Numbered from the stretch's first letter, positions 1 through 7,750 are shown. The stretch is DNA of 11,957 bases from Candidatus Methylomirabilis sp. (GCA_041498975.1 JBGQJI010000075.1:1-11957), one strand, 5' to 3'. A program made the numbers and translations. Notes: a model not told the origin generated them from the sequence alone.

Positions 1-1193
1 GCCCGGATCTTGCCGATCTGTTCAAGCAGCTTCTCCTCGGAGAGGCCCCCCGCGACGGTGGCGGATCGAGAATGATCTGACACGATGATGTACTCGTAGC
101 CTTTGCGGTGCGCCGCCTCGACCAGCGCCTCGAGATCGTGATGGCCGTCGCTCCAGTTGGTATGCGCATGCAGGTCGCCGCGAATGTCGTGGAGCTCCAG
201 CAACTCCGGCAGACGCCCCTCGAGCGCCGCCTCGATCTCGCCGGCGTCCTCCCGCAGCTCGGGCGGGATAAACGGCAGGCCGACTGCCTTGTAGACCTCC
301 TCTTCGGTGGCGCCGGCAATCCGCTTCCCGGTGGCCTCCTTGAAGACACCGTACTCGCTCACCTTGAGCCCCTTACGCGAGGCCAAGTCCCGCACCCGGA
401 TATTGTGCGCCTTGGAGCCGGTGAAGTACTGGAGGGCGGCGCCGAAGCACTCGGGCTCCACGACGCGCAGGTCCACCTGGATCCCCTCACGGTGACGGAC
501 CGTCGCCTTGGTGTCTCCCTGGAGCAGCACTTCCGCCACCTGGGGCAGCGAGGTGAAGGCCTCCATCACCTTCGCCGGTTTCGTGGACGTCGCCAGGAGG
601 TCGAAATCCTTGACGGTCTCGCGCATTCGGCGCAGGCTGCCCGCCATGCTGATCTTCTTGACCTGGGGAAGCTTTTCGAGAATCTGGACGATCTCGCGGG
701 CCAGTGGCAACGCCTGGCCCAGCAGCATCCGCTCCCGGCCCTTCTTGACAACCTGGATCCCCTTCAGAATATTGTCGACGGTCTTCTCTTTGATGCCCGG
801 GAGGCCGAGGAGCTTCCCTTCCAGAGCCAGCGCTTCCAACTTCTCGACCGAATCGACATGGAGTCTGTCAAAGAGAAGCTTGGCCGTCTTGGGCCCGATG
901 CCCGGGACCGCCAGCAACTCGACCACGCCTCTCGGGATTTGTTTTCTTAGCTCTTCCAGATACTTGATCCGCCCGGTCTCAAGGGCCTCCTGGATCTTCG
1001 CCGCGAGGTCTTTGCCAATGCCCGCGATCTCGGTGAGGCCGCCGCGCGCCGCCACAGCCTCGATCTGCTCGGTCAGGCTCTCCAGGTTCATGGCCGCCCG
1101 ACGGTACGCCCGGATCTTGAAGACATTCTCGTCCTTAATCTCCAACAGGTCGGCGATCTCGTGAAAGAGCTTGGATATTTCCAGGTTTCTCAT
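1..1193 (-). CDS. polX: DNA polymerase X family / PHP-domain protein (PolX), 3' end runs off the window
   Basis: Not in the ORF track; translated by hand from ATG at 1193 (MRNLEISKLFHEIADLLEIKDENVFKIRAYRRAA...) and open to the window edge. Motifs: HhH repeats (GIGKDLA, GIGPKTA), AGSLRRMRETVKDFD, QVDLRV, YFTGSKAHN, IPPELRE, and the PHP start GDLHAHTNWSDG...SDHS. The start overlaps the stop of the upstream kinase gene (ATGA). Confidence 0.97.
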   Translation of the reverse strand, partial: MRNLEISKLFHEIADLLEIKDENVFKIRAYRRAAMNLESLTEQIEAVAARGGLTEIAGIGKDLAAKIQEALETGRIKYLEELRKQIPRGVVELLAVPGIGPKTAKLLFDRLHVDSVEKLEALALEGKLLGLPGIKEKTVDNILKGIQVVKKGRERMLLGQALPLAREIVQILEKLPQVKKISMAGSLRRMRETVKDFDLLATSTKPAKVMEAFTSLPQVAEVLLQGDTKATVRHREGIQVDLRVVEPECFGAALQYFTGSKAHNIRVRDLASRKGLKVSEYGVFKEATGKRIAGATEEEVYKAVGLPFIPPELREDAGEIEAALEGRLPELLELHDIRGDLHAHTNWSDGHHDLEALVEAAHRKGYEYIIVSDHSRSATVAGGLSEEKLLEQIGKIR

Positions 1194-2272
1194 GGTATTA
1201 CCGGTTGGGCGATGGCATCGGCCACTTCCTGGCCTGAAGGATCGAGGCGCAGGCTTCCACAGTGGACATTCCGGATCGCTGCGCGATCACCGAATGGGGT
1301 CAGACAGACCAATCTCCCCGTTGCCGGATCGAGATGCTGCAGCAGACCGAGCGCAAGCAGTTCGTTCTCCTGGTCAGTGAGCCCAAGGAGCAGACCCCGG
1401 ATCGCATCAAGCGCCGTAATCTGGAGGACCGAGACGCCAAGACGACTCTTGGCCAGTGGCAGCCCGTCGGCCGCCGGTTCACTCTGCACAAGCAGGAAGG
1501 CCTCGTCATCGCCCCGCTCGCCACCCAGGACGGATGTCCGGAGCTCCATCGACAGGGCTCGCAGCTCGGCGTGATCGAGCGCCTCCCCCGCTTGCACCCA
1601 GCTTCCCAGGACCGCGACCTCGTTCAAGGAAAGCTCAAGGGGGAAGGCCGCCTGGAAGTGGTCGAAGAACCGCTGCGCCCGATAGAGTCGCCGACCCTGC
1701 GGAGTTCGAGGCGTGATCTGCGGGCTTAGCGGGAGCCGGGAGACGGCCATCCCTTTTCTGCCTTCGAACAGGCGGAGGATCGGCTCCAACTCTCCCTCTC
1801 TCTGCAATGCGATGAGGTGGTGTGGCGCGAGGAGTTCGATCTTGTGAAACTTGAGGCGACGCCCGAGAGGGCCAAGGACCAGACCGGTGGTGTCAACCAG
1901 CAGGACCTCTGCGCCCATGGCAGAGGCTTTCTCGGCCAGTCGCTTGAGAGCGACGGCGAGCGGGAGCATATGGCCCTGGGGGGAGACTGCTCCAACAAAG
2001 CGCAGCGAGACCGGGTGAAGAGGTTGGTCGGCGGGAGAGGCGGTAGCGAAGGCCAGCCCTGCCGTCGCGGGCGGCCCGAGGGTCGATTGCCCGATGTCGC
2101 CATCGAGAAGCGCAACTCGCCGGCCGGCGGCCGTGAGCGTGCTCAGGAGCCATCGGGCCAGGGTCGTCTTGCCGGAGTCGGACCTTCCCAGGAGCAGCGC
2201 GACGCCGCCCTCTGCGACGATCCTCTCGGAGAGCGTCCTCCAGGCATCGGGAACCTCGATGATCCCGGACAT
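1190..2272 (-). CDS. Clp1/Grc3(Nol9)-family polynucleotide 5'-hydroxyl kinase
   Basis: Walker A GRSDSGKTT, Walker B-like LLDGDIGQS followed by GPPAT, clasp-like VDTTGLV, Arg-rich lid RTPQGRRLYRAQRF, C-terminal GLLLGL...LGLL...LTP...GSLRL domain. ATG at 2272 is preferred over 2323 because it has a GGGGGAG ribosome-binding site. Confidence 0.88.
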   Translation of the reverse strand: MSGIIEVPDAWRTLSERIVAEGGVALLLGRSDSGKTTLARWLLSTLTAAGRRVALLDGDIGQSTLGPPATAGLAFATASPADQPLHPVSLRFVGAVSPQGHMLPLAVALKRLAEKASAMGAEVLLVDTTGLVLGPLGRRLKFHKIELLAPHHLIALQREGELEPILRLFEGRKGMAVSRLPLSPQITPRTPQGRRLYRAQRFFDHFQAAFPLELSLNEVAVLGSWVQAGEALDHAELRALSMELRTSVLGGERGDDEAFLLVQSEPAADGLPLAKSRLGVSVLQITALDAIRGLLLGLTDQENELLALGLLQHLDPATGRLVCLTPFGDRAAIRNVHCGSLRLDPSGQEVADAIAQPVIP

Positions 2273-2350
2273 CCCATCTCCCCCGCCAGGCCGGGCGGTC
2301 TGTCGAGGGCCCGCCGACCTCACACGGTGACGTCCAACCGGTCAGGCAGG

Positions 2351-2608
2351 TTAGGGTGTCACCTTGTACACGAGGTCGTGCAGGCGTGCCTTGGCCAGGA
2401 CCTGAACGGCCACGCGCTGACCAGTCTCGGCCTGCTCCACGGGGCTATGCTCGATCTGCATCGACTCGACCGGCTGCTCGAAATCGGTCGTCATGCCGCG
2501 GAAATGGATCATATCGCCAAGCCGTAGGGGCCCCGCTGTCAGCGTGATGATTGCCACGCCGAGCTTACTGTAATACTTTTCGACCCGTCCGATCCTGGAT
2601 TCGGACAT
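2351..2608 (-). CDS. Small stand-alone beta-barrel protein, translation-elongation-factor domain II-like / U32 peptidase C-terminal-like
   Basis: 85 aa, MSESRIGRVEKYYSKLGVAIITL...LRLGDMIHFRG...FEQPVESMQIEHSPVEQAETGQRVAVQV...ARLHDLVYKV. The V-x-S-M-Q...V-x-x-A-x-x-G-x-x-V pattern is typical of EF-Tu/SelB domain II barrels. Start could be 2608 or 2644. Confidence 0.75.
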   Translation of the reverse strand: MSESRIGRVEKYYSKLGVAIITLTAGPLRLGDMIHFRGMTTDFEQPVESMQIEHSPVEQAETGQRVAVQVLAKARLHDLVYKVTP

Positions 2609-2703
2609 TGACTCAATCCCGTCAGGACCGCCACCGTCCGACAATCATGTGCTCGAGACTAGTGCCGTTCCAACTACAACAAGCGAATCAAATGCTATTG
2701 GAT

Positions 2704-2890
2704 TGTCATCGCGAGCGACCAACGGGCCTGCCCTGAGCCTCGTCGAAGGGAGCGCGGCAATCCGACACGCAGTGTCGTTGCGAGGCGCCGCTCCCTCGGC
2801 AGTGCTCGGGACAGGCTGCGCAATCTCTCTGAGATTCCTCGCTCCGCTTGGAATGACCCTTCGACTCGCTCAGGGTCCTCGCAGTGACAC
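2704..2890. repeat. Composite/nested palindromic repeat element (REP/MITE-like)
   Basis: Family A arms: TGTCATCGCGAG (2704-2715), GTGTCGTTGCGAGG (2772-2785), inverted CCTCGCAGTGACAC (2877-2890), and GAGATTCCTCGCTCCGCTTGGAATGAC (2831-2857). Family B: CCCTGAGCCTCGTCGAAGGG (2731-2750) with inverted copies at 2791-2815 and 2857-2875. Confidence 0.85.
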
Positions 2891-2939
2891 GCGTGAGGGG
2901 GACCTTCGAAGCAATAACTCCATTCTTGGCGCGTTCGTA

Positions 2940-4304
2940 TTAGCGCGCCGACCCCTCGATGCCATAGGCCCTCATCTTCCGGTGAAGATTGCTCCTCTCG
3001 ATCCCGAGGCGCTCAGCGGTCCGGGTGACGTTCCACTGGTTTTCCTCCAGCCGACGCAGGATGAACTCCCGTTCGAATCGCGACCGCGCCTCCCTGAGCG
3101 TCCCATCGAGGGCCGCCCACGCCTCTCTTTTCACCCCACCGCGTCGAAGAGAGGGCGCGAGGTCAAAAAGCTGGATGGTCTTCGCCGCAACCATGATGAC
3201 CATGCGCTCGATGACATTCCTGAGCTCTCTGACGTTGCCGGGCCACTGGTAGTCGATCAGCAGCTCCATCGCCTCTGGCGAGAGCTCCTTCTTCGGTTTC
3301 CCGTGCTCCTGACAGAAGGACTGGAGGAAATATCTGGCCAGGATCGGGATGTCTTCCTGGCGTTCCCGGAGCGGGGGGACCTCGAAGGGGATGACGCTCA
3401 GGCGATAGAACAGATCCTCCCGGAAGGCGCCACGGCGGATCTCTTCCAGCAGATCTTTGTTCGAGGCCGCGATGACCCGGACATCCACGGTCAGGCTCTC
3501 GCTGCCTCCAACCCGCTCGAAGGTCTGTTCCTGGAGGACGCGGAGGACCTTCGCCTGGGTCTTGAGGCTCATATCACCCACTTCATCCAGAAAGATGGTG
3601 GCGCCGTCCGCCAGCTCGAACTTCCCGCGCCGCTGAGCCGTGGCGCCGGTAAAGGCGCCCCGCTCATGACCGAACAGTTCGCTCTCGATCAGCTCTTCCG
3701 GAATCGCCGCGCAGTTGACCACGACGAATGGCTTGTCGCTTCTGGCGCTGTGGCGATGGATCGCCCTGGCGATCAACTCCTTTCCGGTGCCACTTTCGCC
3801 CCGTATCAGGACCCGCCCGTTGGAAGGGGCAGCGGACAGAATCTGCTCGCGAAGGCTCTTGATCGCCTTGCTCTCGCCCACGATCTCATACCGCCGATCG
3901 ATGGTCTCGCGAAGCGCGCGATTCTCCCACTCGAGCCGCCGTTGATCGAGGGCGTGTCTGACGGCCAGTTGGACTTTATCCAAGTCGAGGGGCTTCTCCA
4001 GGTAGTCGTACGCCCCCAGCTTGGTGGCCTTCACGGCCGTCTCGATCGTGCCGTGGCCCGAGATCATGATGACTGGCAGCTCCGAGTGCAGCCGTTTGAT
4101 CGCCTCCAGCGTCTCAAGTCCATCCATCCCCGCCATCCAAATGTCGAGGACCACCAGGTCGGGAGGGTTCTTCTGGATGGCGCGCAGCGCCTCCTGTCCG
4201 TCCCCGACCCCCGTGACGCGGTACCCCTCGTCCCTGAGGATGGCCACGATCGACTTCAGGACCTTCTGGTCGTCGTCAACGACTAGGATCTCATCGTAGG
4301 CCAC
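2940..4304 (-). CDS. ntrX: Sigma54-dependent response regulator (REC-AAA+-Fis HTH), NtrX-like
   Basis: REC domain ILVVDD...VLDIWM...MISGHG...KP; Walker A GESGTGKE; intact GAFTGA; Walker B FLDEVG; WPGNVREL; HTH NVTRTAERLGIERSNLHRKM. Overlaps the end of the upstream kinase by 22 nt. Confidence 0.93.
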   Translation of the reverse strand: MAYDEILVVDDDQKVLKSIVAILRDEGYRVTGVGDGQEALRAIQKNPPDLVVLDIWMAGMDGLETLEAIKRLHSELPVIMISGHGTIETAVKATKLGAYDYLEKPLDLDKVQLAVRHALDQRRLEWENRALRETIDRRYEIVGESKAIKSLREQILSAAPSNGRVLIRGESGTGKELIARAIHRHSARSDKPFVVVNCAAIPEELIESELFGHERGAFTGATAQRRGKFELADGATIFLDEVGDMSLKTQAKVLRVLQEQTFERVGGSESLTVDVRVIAASNKDLLEEIRRGAFREDLFYRLSVIPFEVPPLRERQEDIPILARYFLQSFCQEHGKPKKELSPEAMELLIDYQWPGNVRELRNVIERMVIMVAAKTIQLFDLAPSLRRGGVKREAWAALDGTLREARSRFEREFILRRLEENQWNVTRTAERLGIERSNLHRKMRAYGIEGSAR

Positions 4305-6544
4305 TGCCCGACTCCATCCCCATTGTCCCCGGAAGGCTCCAGGGCAGGCAACTCGATGATGACCCGCGTCCCCTTCGGGACGTTATCTTCAATCCTGATC
4401 TGGCCTGCATGCTCGCCGACGATTCGATGCACGATGGCCAGGCCAAGGCCCGTCCCGCCCCGCTTGGTCGAGAAGTAAGGAAGGAACAGGCGCTCCCTGT
4501 CGATCCGGGGGATCCCGGGACCCGTATCGATCACTTCCAGTGCCACAACCCCTTTGCCCCGGAGGTATCGAGTCTTGATCACGACCTCTCCCTCTCCGCC
4601 GAGGGCATCCAGCGCATTGTCCACCAGGTTGATCAGTGCCCGCTTCATCTGCTCGGGATCCATGTTGACGGGAGGAAGCTCGGGATCGAGGTCTCGGCCG
4701 ATCTTGACCCCCTTCGGGACGGCCGAGTAGAGCGTCAGCACCATCTCCACCACCAGATGAAGATCATTCGGTTTCGGGTCGGAGGATGGCATCTTGGCGG
4801 CGTACCTTGAGAATTCGTCCACCAATCCCTTCAGCCCATTGACCTCCTGAATGATCGTCCGAGTGCATTCCTCGAACACCTGTTCGTAATCGGGCGCCCG
4901 ATCGGCAAACTTCTTCCTGAGCCGCTGTGCAGAGAGCTGGATCGGGGTCAACGGGTTCTTGATTTCGTGGGCGATCCGCCTCGCCACCTCTCGCCACGCC
5001 ATCGTCTGCTCTGCGCGGATCCGCTGGGTGATCTCCTCCAGGACCACCACCCTCCCGAGATGATTCTCCAAGCGATCGGTCAGCCCGCTGATGCTGACCA
5101 CGATATTGGCGACCCGCCCGTTGCGCTGGAGCGTCAGTTGTTGATCGACGACCCCACCCGCGTCATCCTCGGTCTTCTCCAACAGTCCCCGCAGCGGGCC
5201 GAGCGAGTCTCCGCTCAGGAGCTCAGCATAGTGACAAGGGGGCTTGCGGCGGCCCTCAAGCCCCAAGATCTGGATGGCTGCCGGATTGATGGTCGTGACG
5301 GTCCCCTGTCGATCAAGTGACAGGACGCCCGTCGCGATATTTTCCAGCACCGTTTCCATGTACGCCCGCCGCTGGTCCAATTCGACATTCGAGTGCTGCA
5401 GGTCAAGGTTAGCGCTTTCGAGCTCCGACTTGCTTTGCCGAAGGTCTTCCGTCATGTTGTTGAAAGAGTTCACCAGGATCCCGATCTCGTCGTCCGCCTT
5501 GGCGTCAACCCTGAAGTTCAGGTTCCCAGAGGCAACGGCCCTGGTCCCCTCGGCCAGTTGCTGGATCGGCACGGTGATGCCCCTCGCGAGGTAGACCCCG
5601 ACCCACACGGCGGCGAAGATGATGACCAGGGTCACCATGAGGAAGAGCATGATATAGATCCCCTTGATCGGGTTCTTCAGCATTTTAAGCTGCTGGTACT
5701 CTTTGACCCCCCGGGTGACCTCGCCCACCTTGGCGGAGAGCCCTTCGGGAATGAACTGGGTGGCTACCAGGAATATGGCCCGGCCCTTCGAGTCTGAGAG
5801 GGCGACGGGAGCCACTCCCCGGATCAAATCACCGCCGAAGATCATCTGGACGAATGCGAAGGTTTCTCCCCTTCTTCCCCGCCGGAGCGCCTGACCGAGG
5901 GGAGGCGGGTCGGCTGGCAGCCGTGTCTTCGCCCGGAGGCCCAACAGCTCCACACCGTTGCTATCGATGACCTGAATGGCATCGAGGTTGTAGTCGTGGA
6001 GCTTTTCAGCGATCAAGGTGCGGGCCAGCTCCTGTCCCTCTTCGCTGTCAAGGCCGCCTGGGTCGATGCCGGATGCTATCCGACGCGCCTGAAACACGAT
6101 GTTCTCGCCGGAAATCTTTTCGAAGACCTGCGCCACCTCCAGAGAGTGTTGGAGCGAATCTTCCACCCTGATGTTGAACCAGCTATCGACGCTGTTGGTG
6201 ATCAGGTTGCTGGCCACGACAAAGAGGAGCAAGGCGGGCAGGAGCGAGAGACTGACAAAAGCGACCACCAGCTTGACCCTGAACTTGGAACCGAGCAGGT
6301 TATCCCGGCGCTCGAGATAGACTTTGAAGAGGCTCCGAAAGACCAGGAGGACCAGGATCAGGAGGAGCACCATATTCACGTTGACGAGGGCGAAGACGAG
6401 GATATTGCTGGCGATCGGGGTGGGAAATCGGAGCTGATAGATCAAGACCTGGACGGTCGTCAACACCACGACGAGGCCGAAGACGGCCGCCAGGATTAGG
6501 CGGGTCCGGCGCTTGCGACGATCAGGGTCTTTCGGGGCCACCAT
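4283..6544 (-). CDS. ntrY: NtrY-like membrane sensor histidine kinase (TM helices, periplasmic domain, HAMP, PAS, HisKA, HATPase)
   Basis: Three N-terminal hydrophobic segments plus a fourth before the HAMP domain (PIQQLAEGTRAVASGNL...DEIGILVNSFNNMT). Also AWREVARRIAHEIKNPLTPIQLSAQRL H-box, NLVDNA, DTGPG, PYFSTK and GTGLGL. Confidence 0.93.
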   Translation of the reverse strand: MVAPKDPDRRKRRTRLILAAVFGLVVVLTTVQVLIYQLRFPTPIASNILVFALVNVNMVLLLILVLLVFRSLFKVYLERRDNLLGSKFRVKLVVAFVSLSLLPALLLFVVASNLITNSVDSWFNIRVEDSLQHSLEVAQVFEKISGENIVFQARRIASGIDPGGLDSEEGQELARTLIAEKLHDYNLDAIQVIDSNGVELLGLRAKTRLPADPPPLGQALRRGRRGETFAFVQMIFGGDLIRGVAPVALSDSKGRAIFLVATQFIPEGLSAKVGEVTRGVKEYQQLKMLKNPIKGIYIMLFLMVTLVIIFAAVWVGVYLARGITVPIQQLAEGTRAVASGNLNFRVDAKADDEIGILVNSFNNMTEDLRQSKSELESANLDLQHSNVELDQRRAYMETVLENIATGVLSLDRQGTVTTINPAAIQILGLEGRRKPPCHYAELLSGDSLGPLRGLLEKTEDDAGGVVDQQLTLQRNGRVANIVVSISGLTDRLENHLGRVVVLEEITQRIRAEQTMAWREVARRIAHEIKNPLTPIQLSAQRLRKKFADRAPDYEQVFEECTRTIIQEVNGLKGLVDEFSRYAAKMPSSDPKPNDLHLVVEMVLTLYSAVPKGVKIGRDLDPELPPVNMDPEQMKRALINLVDNALDALGGEGEVVIKTRYLRGKGVVALEVIDTGPGIPRIDRERLFLPYFSTKRGGTGLGLAIVHRIVGEHAGQIRIEDNVPKGTRVIIELPALEPSGDNGDGVGQWPTMRS

Positions 6545-6563
6545 ACGCCTACCTTCTGCGGGC

Positions 6564-6683
6564 CTACCTCAGACGCGGCCGAGACCGCCTGTGGCGTGTC
6601 ACAATGAGCGGGCGACGCCCGAACAGGAGGGAGTGAGGGGGAAAGACAGCCTTGATGCAGCAAACCGGGGACTCGACCTGCAC
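6564..6683 (-). CDS. Putative 39-aa small/leader ORF (MQVESPVCCIKAVFPPHSLLFGRRPLIVTRHRRSRPRLR)
   Basis: GTG at 6683 preceded by GAGGTGATCC (strong Shine-Dalgarno, GAGG 7 nt before the start); TAG at 6564-6566, 19 nt before the ntrY ATG; lies just downstream of a sigma70-like promoter. No homology recognised. Confidence 0.35.
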   Translation of the reverse strand: MQVESPVCCIKAVFPPHSLLFGRRPLIVTRHRRSRPRLR

Positions 6684-6719
6684 GGGATCACCTCGCACAC
6701 TACCCTTAAGCCTGCGGCC

Positions 6720-6749
6720 ACTATAGCCGAAACCTTAGAATGGTTGCAA
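6720..6749 (-). promoter_or_regulatory. Putative sigma70 promoter for small ORF-ntrY-ntrX
   Basis: Minus strand TTGCAA-N18-TATAGT in an otherwise GC-rich intergenic region. Confidence 0.55.
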
Positions 6750-6823
6750 GGGCAAAGATGACGAGCCCGAGTGGGCCGGGGCAGCGGAGGGGGGGCGGCG
6801 AAAATCCGTCAGGAGAAGGCGGG

Positions 6824-7750
6824 TTAGGAAGGGGCGACCTTCAGGGACCGTTCTGGCTGAAGCAACGGCCTTGCCCATCGTTCGATCACGCCATGACGGG
6901 TGGGGGCCAGTTGCTGTTGGTCGAGGTGACGCTGGATTTCTTGCACCAGCTTGGTATGAAGCAGGTGTCCCGCGCTGTGGGCGATGACGGTTCCTAGCAC
7001 AGGCCTGCCAAGGAGATACAGATCTCCCAGGAGATCGAGGATTTTATGGCGAACTAACTCGTCCCTGAAGCGTAGATCGCCGTTCAGGACCCCACTCTCG
7101 CCGATCACGATCGCATTGTCGAACGAGCCGCCCAGAGCCAGGTTGCGGCGGCGAAGCTCCTCCAAATCTTGGAGGAAGCCGTAGGTCCGACAACCAGCGA
7201 TCTCGCTGACGAACGTCTCCCTGGAGATGTCGAACGCGGCCGACTGCTCTCCAAGAAGAGGATGGTCGAAACGCATCGTATAGATGACCTGAAGCCGCTC
7301 AGAAGGGACGATCTGAATGCTGCGCAGGCCTGCCTCGACCACGAGGCGCTCTTTCACCTTGAGATAGGTTCTGGGAGCCATCTGCCGTCGCAGACCTGCT
7401 TTCCTGATGAGCTCGACAAATGGCGCGGCGCTTCCATCCATGGCGGGGACCTCCTCGCCGTGGAGTTCCACAAGGATGTTGTCCACTCCCAAGCCAGCAA
7501 AGGCCGCCATCAGATGCTCGATGGTCCTGACCTTTACGCCACCCTTGCCGATCGTGGTTGCATGGTGAACATCGACGATGTTCGCCGGTTTGGCTTCGAT
7601 CGCGGGAGCACCTGGGTGGTCCACCCGCTTGAAGATAACCCCGGAGTTGGCCGGAGCGGGACGGAGACACATTGTGACCGACTTTCCGGTGTGAAGCCCT
7701 ATCCCTTCACAACTCACTACCGTTTGAAGCGTTCGCTGATGGCCCACCAT
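6824..7750 (-). CDS. lpxC: UDP-3-O-acyl-N-acetylglucosamine deacetylase
   Basis: QRTL...GIGLHTG N-terminus, TIEHLMAA, EVPAMDGSA, RTYGF, GGSFDNAIV, HKILDLLGDL, AGH; RBS AGGAG. Confidence 0.98.
   Translation of the reverse strand: MVGHQRTLQTVVSCEGIGLHTGKSVTMCLRPAPANSGVIFKRVDHPGAPAIEAKPANIVDVHHATTIGKGGVKVRTIEHLMAAFAGLGVDNILVELHGEEVPAMDGSAAPFVELIRKAGLRRQMAPRTYLKVKERLVVEAGLRSIQIVPSERLQVIYTMRFDHPLLGEQSAAFDISRETFVSEIAGCRTYGFLQDLEELRRRNLALGGSFDNAIVIGESGVLNGDLRFRDELVRHKILDLLGDLYLLGRPVLGTVIAHSAGHLLHTKLVQEIQRHLDQQQLAPTRHGVIERWARPLLQPERSLKVAPS

Noticed and set aside
108..1164. Plus-strand ORFs of 280 and 218 aa
   Set aside because: Antisense to polX, whose motifs are unambiguous.
2273..2323. Longer N-terminus (MRSAGPRQ...) for the kinase
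   Set aside because: Low-complexity extension without a clear RBS; ATG at 2272 has a good one.
2645..2703. Sigma70 promoter for the barrel-kinase-polX cluster
   Set aside because: Region is AT-richer, but the best match (TTGTTG-N15-TAGTCT on the minus strand) has poor spacing; not supportable.
2704..2890. CRISPR array or tRNA remnant
   Set aside because: Repeats are inverted, nested and irregularly spaced with no unique spacers; no cloverleaf; no cas genes.
2649..4286. 545-aa plus-strand ORF
   Set aside because: Antisense shadow of ntrX that extends through the repeat element; no recognisable motifs; long shadow ORFs are common in GC-rich DNA.
6545..6823. Possible RNase P RNA, riboswitch or other ncRNA in the lpxC-ntrY spacer
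   Set aside because: No GAGGAAAGTCC-type rnpB signature or riboswitch motif I can recognise; a promoter plus small ORF explains it better. An Rfam scan would be decisive.
6755..6823. Intrinsic terminator after lpxC
   Set aside because: Only short 4-5 bp stems and no adjacent U-tract.
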